The notes beneath the pieces were generated by a model. It was not told the DNA's origin and made no database searches. It worked only from the letters and a program-made list of their open reading frames with translations. DNA of 64,000 nt from Octopus bimaculoides (Eukaryota). The position numbers and the translations under genes were made by a program. This document shows, in pieces, positions 1-11,725 of the stretch (position 1 is its first letter; every line of letters begins with the position of its first letter). The DNA lies in NCBI RefSeq assembly GCF_001194135.2, contig NC_069002.1, positions 14,590,604 to 14,654,603 on the forward strand, read 5' to 3'.

Positions 1-355
1 TGTAAAGAAAAATGGAAATTTAAAAAGGAATATAATAGATGAAGATTCTGTGGCTGAAGAAAAGTTCTTTTTGTTTCTGTTTTTTCAAAAATCTTTCTTA
101 ACATATCGTTAATTGGTTGGAACAATAATTTCATCGATACCAGGCGAATAAGCTTCCAGACAAAATTTCTTTAAATGCTCCCCACCACCACATCTATACC
201 TCAACCCACCTCTGTTTCTTTAATATCGCTGTCTTAATGTTAAACTAGAAATCTAATTATGGCGGTTTTCTTGGTTAAAGAAAGCTTTTAGTTGGATAAC
301 AATGGAGAGAAATCTTATTAAAAGGTTTGGAGACCTACAGTCTGTTTGGTGTGAA

Positions 356-357
<2 letters not shown>

Positions 358-422
<65 letters not shown>

Positions 423-425
423 TGG

Positions 426-466
<41 letters not shown>

Positions 467-650
467 TCGTCGATAATGATGATGACGATTATCATTATTA
501 ATATTAGTATTGTTGTTGTTGTTGTTGTTATTATTATTGTTATTATCATTATTATGTTAATAGTGATGGTAGTAGTTGTGATGGTGTTTTTGATGATGAC
601 GATAATGGTATTAATGATGGGGGGTGATGGTGACTGTGGTGGTGCTTTGG
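358..650. repeat. Compound trinucleotide microsatellite (AAT)n-(GAT)n-(GTT/ATT)n
   Basis: Directly visible; explains the poly-I/M/V ORFs 253..549 and 302..754. Confidence 0.95.
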
Positions 651-1065
651 TGAATTATCACAAATCTTTAAAATCTGTAGATATTCAGCTGTTTAGTATA
701 ATATTAACATTTCTATTGATGTGGTGTGAAATTTGTAATTCTGTGTGTGTGTGAGGGTTCGTGTGTGTGTGTGTGAGGGTTCGTGTGTGTGTGCGCCCGC
801 GTTTGTGCTTGGTGCGTGTCCGTGTGTATGCATGTTTCTGTGTATGTGAGCTTGGGTGGAATATTGATCTTTCATCTTTTACTTTTTGCAGTCTTTGGAA
901 CGTAGCCATGTTGCGGTACTGTCTTGAAATATTCAGTCGAATAAATCGAACCCAGCCATCGTTGACTTTATCTTGTATCCGAGGATTTTTTTCTTTCTTT
1001 GCTGAACGCTTCCTTTATGGTGACAGTGTTGATGACTGTAGACCAATTCTTGCATATAAGAGTCG

Positions 1066-1159
1066 ATGGCATTCGCTGCATGGCATGGCATTCGCTGCAT
1101 GGCATGGCATTCGCTGCATGGCATGGAATTCGCTGCATGGCATGGCATTCGCTGCATGG
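1066..1159. repeat. 19-bp minisatellite (ATGGCATTCGCTGCATGGC) x ~5
   Basis: Units start at 1066, 1085, 1104, 1123 and 1142; one C>A substitution in unit 4. Confidence 0.95.
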
Positions 1160-1397
1160 AGAACGCGGCTGATTTTCTCTTTTGTCGTTTGATTTCTTTT
1201 TTTCTTCTAGTGGCTTCAAAGGTTCTGGTTCCAATGGTAATAGAACTCCGCTTCTTGGTACGGTCTCAGGCTTGTGTCTCAAAAGATTTAGGTTCAATTC
1301 TTGTGACTTTTAGTGTTGCTTTGTGTTGATACTTATACATTCTAAGAGGACAAACCCATTTTCTTTTTAAAGAGTGATGCCTATTCTGACTTTGCCT

Positions 1398-1680
1398 ATT
1401 GCCGAACCGCTGTGTTATGGGACGTAAAGAAACCAACTCTGGTTTTCAGACACACAGAAAGGCACAGACACATACATAATTGCGGGCATATGAGTATGTA
1501 CATGTATATGTAAGTGTGTATGTGTAAGGGTTTTCCACGCAGTTTCCGTCTACCAAATTCACTCAAAAGATATTGTGCGGTTCGGAACTATAGTAGAAGA
1601 CACTCCTCCAAAGTAGGATTCAATCCGAATCCACAGTGCTGCAAGGTAAGCTTCTTAATCACAAAGCATTGCTTCCACCT
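1398..1680 (-). mobile_element. Degenerate copy of bipartite tRNA-derived SINE (family A in this report)
   Basis: Matches the intact copy at 12914-13324 in TTGCCGAACCGC, CAGTTTCCGTCTACCAAATTCACTCA and CTATAGTAGAAGACAC. Confidence 0.75.
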
Positions 1681-2569
1681 ACATTTGTGTGTGAATTTTT
1701 ATTACTCTGCATTTTTATGAATTTCTAACCATATTTAACCATTAACGGCAGACATCTTGATTTGAAGTTTCAAAAATTTTACATAGAATAAGGCCATCGT
1801 CAATTGATGTTCGAGTATCTATTTCTTCAAATGCGCCTAAGCGTAAGCGGCCCTCATCATCGATGAGAAAAAGCAGACGATAATGACGAGGATTATCTCA
1901 ATAGCACAGAAAAAATTGAAGCTTTAACTATTTGTACATTCTTTTGGCAACAACAATGTGGTAATCTCAAATGAATTTACGTTCATCACGGATAAAAAGG
2001 GGAGGGAATATTTTACAGCATTTTTGGATAATTGAAAATTTTATTGTGCGAGAGTCTAACAATGATTATTATTTTAAAGCGAAAACGAAGATAAACATTG
2101 CCCGTTTGGCACACACATTCCTCTAATCGTTTACTGTTGTTAAAGGCTTGAAGTCGTGCAGGAATATAAGTCAATACCTTTTATCCCAACAGGTTGTGCT
2201 GGAGCGTCACTAAAGAATACTTATCTATTTGGAATATAGTGTGAAAGAGAAAATATGGCGGCGGTCATAAAGTTCTGATCGTTGAAAGTCGATGGAAACA
2301 AAATACTTCAAAATCACAAGAAAAATAACGAAACATTTAGCAATGATCAAATATAGTGAAAAGGATGTAGGAGATTGCTTATATTGCTGCTAACATAGCA
2401 TTTTAATATCAGTAAAATTAGAAATTGAGAAGATAAATTAACAGAAAGACCTCGACTGACAAAACATCTAGCAAGCGTCGTTAGTAGAAAGTATTTAATA
2501 TTCGAGGAAGTGAACAGCTGTAAGAAATTGATAGTTTGGTAATGATCGACATGGTGATGATTATGAAGA

Positions 2570-2754
2570 TCATCTTTATTTTATCATCGTCATCTTCAGC
2601 AACAACATTATCATCATGATCGTTATCATCATCGACACTATTATCAGTATCATCATCAATATTATTTTCCAAATGTCATCATCACCACCACCACCACCAT
2701 CAACACCACCACCATCACCACCACCACCAACACCACCACCATCACCACCACTAC

Positions 2755-2798
<44 letters not shown>

Positions 2799-2803
2799 CC
2801 ACC

Positions 2804-2837
<34 letters not shown>

Positions 2838-2856
2838 TCATCGTCGTCGTCGTCGT
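2570..2856. repeat. Compound (CAT)n/(CAC)n/(CGT)n microsatellite
   Basis: Directly visible. Confidence 0.95.
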
Positions 2857-3183
2857 AATTACCAGCGTCCGTATCGCCTTCCTCATCTTCCTTTTCATCA
2901 TGGCTTTCAACATCTTAAGCCGTCAAGTCCAGTTTGCTAACGCCACAAAAGAGAGACCGAAAGAGTCCCTTGAGGAATAACAATGTTGTTAGTTGTTTAT
3001 TCAGAAAGATTCAAACGATTGTCACAAGAAATTAATATTTGCAATAGGGACATCTAGATAATCTCACTGATGTGATCAGGTGGTCTACATCATTACCTCT
3101 GATCTCGTTATATTTCTGAAGCTTTTGCGCCAATAACCTCTGCAATGGAACATAAACATGTATACATACATACATACATACAT

Positions 3184-3569
3184 TTGTTGTTGGAACTCCG
3201 TCGCTTACGACGACGAGGGTTCCAGTTGATCCGATCAACGGAACAGCCTGCTCGTGAAATTAACGTGCAAGTGGCTGAGCACTCCACAGACACGTCTACC
3301 CTTAACGTAGTTCTCGGGGATATTCAGCGTGTCACAAAGTGTGACAAGGCTGGCTCTTTGAATTACAGGCACAACAGAAACAGGAAGTAAGAGTGAGAGA
3401 AAGTTGTGGTGAAAGAGTACAGCAGGGTTCGCCACCATCCCCTGCCGGAGCCTCATGGAGCTTTAGGTGTTTTCGCTCAATAAACACTCACAACACCCGA
3501 TCTGGGAATCGAAACCGTGATTCTATGAACGCGAGTCCGCTGCCCTAACCACTGGGCCATTGCGCCTCC
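3184..3569 (-). mobile_element. Full-length tRNA-derived SINE (distinct family), lying within a (TACA)n tract
   Basis: The minus strand starts GGAGGCGCAATGGCCCAGTGGTTAGGGCAGCGGACTC (A-box-like), has GGTTTCGATTCCC (B-box-like), and ends GGAACCCTCGTCGTCGTAAGCGACGGAGTTCCAACAACAA. TACA repeats flank both sides. Confidence 0.85.
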
Positions 3570-4017
3570 ACGTACATACATACATACATACATACATACA
3601 TACACATACACAGACAGACAAACAGACAGAGAGACACACGCACACACATATACACAAATATATATGTATATACATTTATGAATTTGTGTTGCAAGATTCT
3701 TGATGAAAAACTGTCTGTTAAAACAGATATTTTTGTTTTTCGGTTTAGTAATTAAATTTTTTTTTTTGCCAGATAAACACACGCACTATATAGACGTTCT
3801 TCCCTCCTTTATTACCTTTCTTATTTTGACTCATGTCCATTGTACGGAAACGTTCGTCACACTTCGACAAACAATTCAGTGACACTTTCCGTCCTTCTGT
3901 GTATGCCTGCTCCGCTTAGACCATTCTCTTATGCAGAAATGACCACCCTAAAATACAAAACGCACGCGCTCTCGCACACGCACACTCACACACACATATA
4001 TATCTTTATATATATTT

Positions 4018-4073
4018 ATAGGCGCAGGAGTGGTTGCGTAGTAAGATGCTCGCTTCCTAACCACATGGTTCTG
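4018..4073 (+). mobile_element. Family A SINE head, cut by an assembly gap
   Basis: ATAGGCGCAGGAGTGG...CCACATGGTTC matches the reverse complement of the 5' ends of 12914-13324 and 34084-34560. Confidence 0.75.
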
Positions 4074-4083
4074 NNNNNNNNNN

Positions 4084-4128
<45 letters not shown>

Positions 4129-4272
4129 TATATGATATTTGTAAGCAATCTCAAGTCTTTGTAAGTTATGGAGAGAAAGCTACTTTGGAATACTCATAGT
4201 ATAATAACTGTATAATAATGTATCATAATTATATTTTATTCTTCGATTTGGAGCGACAATGTATACAATTTA

Positions 4273-4746
4273 AGTATATATTAACTAAATTTGGCTGAAA
4301 TTAATGGCTGAACGTTTGGCCGAATCGGATGCGCAAGGAGCCATGTTAGCGTTGATTTGTGGGTTCCATTCTGGCTGGTGCTAGCTCATTAATTTTCAAT
4401 CATTTGTTTGTATTTTAAAATTGTCGCTTGACATCGGCGAATAAAATATTATTATGATATATTATTATACAACTGTTATACGATGAGTATTCCATAATAG
4501 CTTTCTTTCCATAGCTTACAAAACGTTTGGTGTTTGTTTACAAATATTATGTTTAGTATTAGACAGTTTTAGTATATATTAACTAAATTTTGCTAAAATT
4601 GACGGATGAGCCCAATTAGATGCGCAAGGAGCCATGTTAGGTTGGTTTGTGAGTTCGAACCAGGTTAGCTTATCAATTTTCAGTCATTTGTTTGTATCTA
4701 AACATTGTCGTTTCTAATCGGAGAATAAAATATCATCATGATATAT
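4273..4746. repeat. Diverged direct duplication, ~180-190 bp units (4273-4462, 4571-4746)
   Basis: Shared AGTATATATTAACTAAATTT, GATGCGCAAGGAGCCATGTTAG, TCATTTGTTTGTAT, ATTGTCG and GAATAAAATAT; offset 298 bp. Confidence 0.9.
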
Positions 4747-7074
4747 ATGTGTGTGTGTGTGCGTGTGTATGTGCGTGTGTGCGCGTATGTGCGTGAGTGT
4801 GTTTGTATCTGTGTGTGTATGTACGCGTGTATGTATCTGTATCTCTCTATATAATAAAAATGAAGATGAAAATACACAATACACTTGAAATGATTGCTGT
4901 ATCTGTTTCTTCACTACATGACTTAAATAATAATAATTGTTATCTTTCTTTCAGATAGATTCATATTTTCTGCTCTTCAAGCAGATTGCGTAATTTAATT
5001 TAAAAGTATTTTAAAATAAATTCTATTGTCCACAAATGCTGCTGTTCTATACAGCTATTCTTTACAACCAGAGGCTTCATTCACAGTAAATTTTAATTAC
5101 ATTTTTAATCGTAACTTACGTTTCTTAATAACTTTTTCCTGTTTATTTGTTATTGCCCTATAGTTAAATCTTGTATTTATGAATTAGAAATATGTTGAAA
5201 TTAGATGAGTTCCTTTCCACACATAGTGCTACATGTGCCCTTAACAGAATATTTCGAATTTACTCATGACTAATTTGCTGTTCGTGTACTGCCATTCGTT
5301 TGCTGAGTGACAGTCAGCTTTGTTCGATATGAACCTTTAGATAGCCACCACGTGTTAACAGATGCATGAAATGTTGACATTTGCAATGAAAACTAGCTTT
5401 TACTTTAAAGATCTTGCCCATCCTTAAACTTGAACTCTCAGTCTTAAGTTAATGAAGGAACGCAGTACACCTTGGATTCAGGAAACTTAGTTTTGAACTT
5501 TGCCTTGATGTATTTTTCAATGTTTAGCTGTTACTTTTGCTGACATTTTTCCTTTATCCTGATTTTTTTCATGAAATAGGAATGTTTTAATAACTGTGGT
5601 CAAATCAATATTTTTAGAGCTAAATGTAAATATTCATGGCAAAAGCATTCTTCTCCGTTGTAATCCTTTACGCCTTAAATTGATTAAATGTTTCGGTCTG
5701 CTGCTATCATCACAACTTTAATTTCGGCGTTCCATCTAACCCTTTGACTGCCAAATTAAATTTAACGATTATACCTGCAATGATGGGAATTATCCACTAA
5801 AAAAAAATTAGAATTGACATTTTTCTGCCTCCGAAAGTATTTTGTCGCTTGCTCTGTAAAGAAATATTTCATGAAATATACGATAAACTTAAGAAGGTTT
5901 GAAAAATTGTCTTATGTAAGAAGTATCACTGGGGAAATGTATTCGTTTCTCGCGACACAAAACCGCTCCCTGCAGTTTAAGGAAATAAAATTTGCAAGTG
6001 GACATTTCCGCTTTCATCTTTGAAAGGGTTATTTGTCGTGATACTGCAACTGCGCCGTCCATAATGTTTTTGCGTCATGATTCGATTTTTCTTGTGCAGG
6101 CGAAAACTAATAGAATTACTTTGTGTTTCTGTTGTCTCATTCAGATCGTTTGCTTTTTGATGTAGCATTTTTTTAGATGTTTCCTACAATAAATTAACCA
6201 ATAAATATTATGAGAAAAACACTAATTCAGTTCTACAGGGGTCTTCTCACCGACTCCGTCCACAATCTTGGATTCCGTGAAATAGACGTTTTCTACATTA
6301 TTCTTTAACTCTTTTGATGCCATTCATTTGGCACAGGCAAGCCTTTGCTTCTGATTTCTTATTCTGGCAGCAACCGTGTACCAGTTCTTATTTTCTTCAT
6401 ATTTCATTCTCTGTCGATAATACTTGATTTGGTTTCTCTGCCGAACAGAGCTTCCATACAATATTCAACATTAAATTTACGAAAGTTTAACTGATTTTTA
6501 AGTGCGATGACCACCTATCTACTTACAATAATTTTACTTTACAACACTTTATCTCGTTGATACGGAACACAGAGCTATTTATGCCCATTTGCCATTAAAT
6601 TTTTTCAACGAAAATCTATCTAATTGACTTGTCAATGTCCATTTTCACAAATATATTCATGAAAACAGTTGCAAATTGATTTTACCGTTTCTAAATATAG
6701 GAATCTCATTTTCTTTATTTAATCACGTGCTGTAGAATTATTGTTGCATTATAATACCCGAGAGATACGCCGAGATTTAGTCTAACGATTCATAAATACC
6801 AAAATATATGTAAATTTTATACAACTAATTATTGTTTGTATATTAACAAAGCAGCCTTTTAAATTTCCTTAGTTACTTTATCTTGCCTTGAGTTGCCAAC
6901 TCTTTGGTGGAGCCGTACAGAAACCGTCACGACAGCCAGCTTGTCATTCATTTGTAGATCTGCCGGAGCCTATACCGCTCTTGGTTTGGCCAGTGACTAT
7001 TTCTTCCGGATGCGGAAATAATGAAACACACAGACACACAAAAAGAGTGAAAGAAAGAGAATCTACCACAGTAC

Positions 7075-7175
7075 AGGACTTGTACTTTATTTATCGATTT
7101 CGAAAAGAAGGAAAGGCAAAGTTAACCTCGTTGGAGTTTGAACTCAGAACGAAAAGACCCGGCATTAAATCAGTC
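7075..7175 (-). mobile_element. Family B SINE fragment
   Basis: TTTATCGA...GAAAGGCAAAGT...TTTGAACTCAGAACG matches 42975-43171. Confidence 0.65.
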
Positions 7176-7265
7176 ACCAATAAACGATACAGAAACAGCA
7201 CAGTCTTCATACAACAACTGATAACTGAGGAAATTACGACTAACCACTTTTCCATCAGATGTTTT

Positions 7266-7313
7266 TAACAAAACATTTCGGCTGATATATCCCCCAGCCT
7301 TCATCAGGTGTCT
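7266..7313 (-). ncRNA. Minimal type I hammerhead-like motif (degenerate copy)
   Basis: Minus strand: GACAC-CTGATGA-A-GGCTG-ggggatatat-CAGCC-GAAA-TGTT-TTGTT. Core and stem II are intact; stems III and I carry substitutions. Confidence 0.55.
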
Positions 7314-7928
7314 AGGGGAAATTTCGAACCTGGGTTCTCATTCCTAAGGTGTTTGTTTCGATGTTATTNNNNNNNNNNNNNNNNNNNNNNNNNNNNNNNN
7401 NNNNNNNNNNNNNNNNNNNNNNNNNNNNNNNNNNNNNNNNNNNNNNNNNNNNNNNNNNNNNNNNNNNNNNNNNNNNNNNNNNNNNNNNNNNNNNNNNNNN
7501 NNNNNNNNNNNNNNNNNNNNNNNNNNNNNNNNNNNNNNNNNNNNNNNNNNNNNNNNNNNNNNNNNNNNNNNNNNNNNNNNNNNNNNNNNNNNNNNNNNNN
7601 NNNNNNNNNNNNNNNNNNNNNNNNNNNNNNNNNNNNNNNNNNNNNNNNNNNNNNNNNNNNNNNNNNNNNNNNNNNNNNNNNNNNNNNNNNNNNNNNNNNN
7701 NNNNNNNNNNNNNNNNNNNNNNNNNNNNNNNNNNNNNNNNNNNNNNNNNNNNNNNNNNNNNNNNNNNNNNNNNNNNNNNNNNNNNNNNNNNNNNNNNNNN
7801 NNNNNNNNNNNNNNNNNNNNNNNNNNNNNNNNNNNNNNNNNNNNNNNNNNNNNNNNNNNNNNNNNNNNNNNNNNNNNNNNNNNNNNNNNNNNNNNNNNNN
7901 NNNNNNNNNNTTGTTGTTGTTGTTGTTG

Positions 7929-7982
<54 letters not shown>

Positions 7983-8114
7983 CTCATGTCACTGACTGGA
8001 ATCGAACTCGGAATCTTGGGGTTAGTAACCCGCACTCTTAACCACTACGCCATATGCCCGTGAACATATGGCGTAGTGGTTAGGAATGAGAACCCAGGTT
8101 CGAAATTTCCCCAA

Positions 8115-8157
8115 GACACCTGATGAAGGCTGGAGGGTATATCAGCCGAAACGTGTT
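8115..8157 (+). ncRNA. Minimal type I hammerhead-like motif (apparent 3-nt deletion at the cleavage site)
   Basis: GACAC-CTGATGA-A-GGCTG-gagggtatat-CAGCC-GAAAC-GTGTT. Perfect 5-bp stem II; GACAC can pair with GTGTT. Confidence 0.6.
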
Positions 8158-8236
8158 AACAACAAACAAGATGAGGACAAATATCCGTCAAATGTAAATA
8201 ATGTAAATAATGTAAATAATACTCACATTGACTGTG

Positions 8237-8420
8237 AGTCAATGTGAGGTTACTTCTATGTAAGCCAGGATTAAGAAATCCCTATCGAATACTTTCTTTA
8301 ACCAAAGTCAGAAAATAATAAATCTACTCTCAGTACAACTAAAACTGAAGACATTAACCACATCATTGCCAACTGTGAAAGATTGTCTTCTGGATATTAT
8401 CTTCCCATGATGCTCTGTCT
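8237..8420 (+). pseudogene. Fragment of an RLE-type (R4/Dong-like) non-LTR retrotransposon, zinc-knuckle region
   Basis: In-frame GYFYVSQD*EIPIEYFL*PKSENNKSTLSTTKTEDINHIIANCERLSSGYYLPM parallels EQEISTK...TEDIPHIISSSPKMSSVCYLPIRYN in the 10015-10810 element. Confidence 0.55.
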
Positions 8421-9697
8421 TCGTTTGCTCCATGACCTCCACCCGCGATATGTGAAAATGTGTGGGGTATGTGAATGTTGGCCATATTAGACAGTCCAAA
8501 TAACAATTCTGTTGACATGATAAAAGCACAACCGTTTATTAGCTGTTTGATCAATTAATTAATTATTGACTGCAACATATGCACAACCAGCTGTTGCTCT
8601 TACTTCTACTCACAACTTTGATAAGCATGCGCGTATGCGCGCGCGCGTTAATGTGTGTCTATGTATGTGTGTTGTAATATGATATTTGAGGGTATTAAGT
8701 TTACAGTATCTTGACAGAATTGGTGACATATATACAAGTGATCAGTAGCCATTCGATCGGCTAAAAATAGCAGCCAAAACATTTTGACGAAACTGTATGC
8801 ATAAGGTCACTATCTCCATTTTGTTTTTTAAACACGTTTACAAAAGACAGAATAAACTGAGTAATATAACGGCCATGCTGGAGTGTAAGAGTTCTTTGCA
8901 ATTTATCATATAAGTGATACCATGAGTAATATTGCTCCAGCAATATGTCTTTTGAAACAAATGAAAGCAATATAACTGTAACAATTATATTTTTATAAGG
9001 AAATTTAAATAAATATTGTTCAAGAATTGAAGAATTTGCGAGCTGGTTTCGAACACAACCGGAAATACATGAAGGATTTACAACGGAGAAAAATTCATTT
9101 ACATAACCAGTTTTTGAAAGTTATAAGACAAATATCTGACTCACTCGCCCTAGATACACACACACACACACACACACACACATACGACATATATAACTTT
9201 CTATAAGTATAGATGTATGTCTGTATGTATGTGTGTATCTGTCTATCAATATAAATATATATATATATATATATATACAAATTTTTCTATAAATATATAA
9301 AGAACATTAATACTCATGAGAGATACTAATGTTAGTGGCCGCAAGCCAAAAACCGTATAGGCAAAATTAATAGATATGTATAAGAATTATATATAACAAG
9401 GGCGCTGTGAAGCACCAGCTTTGCTAAAAATAGGAGCCAAAATACTCCAAACTACAAAAATTCACACTAGATTTTCACAGGCATGGTTGGGAAAAAAAAT
9501 AAGTGTATAAGGATTGCGTCTTGCCCCAGCAAAATTGCAAGAAAGAATGCCAGTTAATCTGGGATCATGATTTCGAATTTAGCACCAAAGACAGGTTGGG
9601 TACGGAAACGAAAACAGCCATTGGTTCAAGTGATATATGGACTTGTTACGAGTAGGTTTGACCGGAGAGAATCAATTGCAATTTCAACATCACCATC

Positions 9698-9883
9698 AGG
9701 GGATTTTTGTATGTATGTATACGTGCAGATTTGTATGTTTTGCTTTACGTATGTATTCTCATGCATATAGTTGCATATCTAGACATCCTCATATATATAT
9801 AAATGATAAGCTTCTGGAAAGTTTTACAGATGTTTAGTGTTCCAGTGATGGCTTTGATCTGTAGTCTTCGAATCAGCTTTCTC
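9698..9883 (-). mobile_element. Short 3'-end copy of the adjacent RLE LINE
   Basis: Aligns along its length with 10015-10221 (CAGATTTGTATGTTTTG, TATTCTCATGCA, TTCCAGTGATGG, CTGTAGTCTTCGAA). Confidence 0.85.
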
Positions 9884-10014
9884 ATGTATGTATGTATGTA
9901 TGTATGTATGTATGTATGTATGTATGTTTTATCTCAAGATTTCTTGCCAATAGAGAAAGAGCCGGTTTCTAACCTAGATCGTAGGGTCCTTCACTGGAAT
10001 TTCAATATCAAAAT

Positions 10015-10810
10015 CAGGGTATTTTTGTATCTATTTATCTCTGTATGTATGTGTTTATATACGCAGATTTGTATGTTTTGTTTTATGTCTGTATTCTCAT
10101 GCAAATAGTTGCATACCTAGACCTTCTCATATATATTTAAATGATAAACTTTTAGAAGGTTTTACAGATTTTTACAGTTCCAGTGATGGATTGGACCTGT
10201 AGTCTTCGAATTAGCTTTCTCCTTTCTGGTTTTGAGAAGCCTAATTTCTCAAGAATGGTATTTATGCAGTGTGTTTCGTATCCCAGGGCCCCAGTAATTA
10301 CAGGCATAAACCTGAACTTGTAATATAGATAGAGTAACTGCAGCTTTCTCAATAGTTCATCGTTGGCATTCTCCTTTTTACTGATTTTCAGCATTATGTT
10401 AACATCCGCTGGGCAGCTAATTTCCACAACTGTATATAGTTTCTCGTCTCTATTCCAAATCATTATATCGGGTCTCTTGTGCTAACATTCTATTGAGGTC
10501 TTCACTGGGACATTCTACCAGTACTCCTTTTTATTATGAGTGGCTATGGCTTCTACCATACTGTGGGTTCTTATTACTTTGTCCTCGGTGTTATCCTTCC
10601 GACGGATTTCATTGTAGAGTGTCGTAGCTACAACATTATATCTTATTGGTAGATAACACACTGATGACATTTTCGGTGAACTGCTTATGATGTGGGGGAT
10701 ATCTTCGGTGTTACCTCCACAAAGTTTGCATCGGTTATCACACTTTACTGTCTTTCTTGTATCTCTATTCCTTTTGTGTATCAGTTATTTGGTTGATATT
10801 TCCTGTTCCA
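10015..10810 (-). pseudogene. 5'-truncated R4/Dong-like non-LTR retrotransposon (zinc knuckle + RLE + 3'UTR)
   Basis: The minus frame reads EQEISTK*...CDNRCKLCGGNTEDIPHIISS...RYNVVA...EYW*NVPVKTSIEC*HKRPDIMIWNRDEKLYTVVEISCPAD...MPVITGALG...ITGTVKICKTF. This is a CCHC-like knuckle plus a PD-(D/E) nuclease motif, with several stops. Confidence 0.85.
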
Positions 10811-11361
10811 TGTATGTATGTATGTATGTATGTATGTATGTATGTATGTATGTATGTATGCGTGTACGTGTGTATTAAGCATATATAAGGAATAGAATTT
10901 TAATTTATTAACTGCGTAATTTTTCTGAAACTTACTTTCCAACTCAGGTCGTTGAAGTTAAGTAACGGCATCGAAAACGATGAAATCTTGTAAGAAAAGG
11001 ATTTCTCCATATCTCGTGACTGTGCCTCGAGACAGAAGACAAATAATGACTGCCCTCAGATGAGAATTAATTATACATCTTTCATCCCACCTTTAGGGCA
11101 AGATAAGAACGTAGAACTACATGTAAAGTTTAAGACTTTAGTAATTAATACGGAACATCCAAGGTACAAGCAGCTTCATGTTGTTGCAATTTCAATTCCC
11201 GTTCGCCATGATGGATCTTCATGGAAATGCAGAATATCGTATAAAGTAATCAGGTATGATGTTAATACATTTCCGTTGGAACTTGTCTGAAGATCCTAAC
11301 AGCTCAGAAGTAGGTGTACGCTGTCGTTCATTTATATTATTATCATTATTACAGCTATAAT

Positions 11362-11470
11362 TCCATTCTTTCGGGGTCAATAAGATAAGAACTAGTCGAG
11401 CACTGACGGTGATGTAATCGACTTACCCACACCTCCGAAATTGCAGGCCTTGTGCTAAAATCTGGAATCC
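11362..11470 (+). mobile_element. Family B SINE, 3' half
   Basis: TTCCATTCTTTCGGGGTCAATAAGATAAGAACTAG...GATGTAATCGACTTACC...GGCCTTGTGC matches the 3' part of 18444-18652. Confidence 0.75.
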
Positions 11471-11656
11471 TTCAATTTTATGGCTGTTGCCCAGAGTTAG
11501 AAAATCATTTGCCTTTTCATCATTATCATAATCATCATCAGCATTGTCAGCATCCCCCTCATCATCATCACTATGAACATCACCACCAACATTACTCCAC
11601 TGCCGCCACCATAACTACAACCATTATCATCGTCGAAGTTGCCATCAACAATTTTC

Positions 11657-11694
11657 TAACTCCTCTTCTTCTTCTTCTTCTTCTTCTTCTTCTT

Positions 11695-11725
<31 letters not shown>

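Larger units (their letters stand above)
7256..8220. mobile_element. Non-autonomous Penelope-like unit: minus-strand tRNA-like head + (AAT/AAC)n + hammerhead-bearing tail, with an inverted second tail copy
   Basis: 7266-7345 is the reverse complement of 8080-8159. tRNA-like head on the minus strand at ~7988-8059 (TGGCGTAGTGG; GAGTTCGATTCC). The plus arm ends in (AATGTAAAT)x3. A 542-N gap lies inside, so continuity of head and left tail is assumed. Confidence 0.65.

Noticed and set aside
1066-1159. Minisatellites (also 58958-59038) as CRISPR arrays
   Set aside because: Contiguous units with no spacers, eukaryotic context, no cas genes.
4955-4989. TTTCTTTTCAG-bounded 35-nt micro-exon candidate
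   Set aside because: Weak donor (GTAATT), no recognisable peptide; expected by chance in AT-rich DNA.
7988-8059. tRNA-like heads (here and in the SINEs) as functional tRNA genes
   Set aside because: Acceptor stems do not pair and the heads are fused to repeat bodies; treated as SINE-type promoters.
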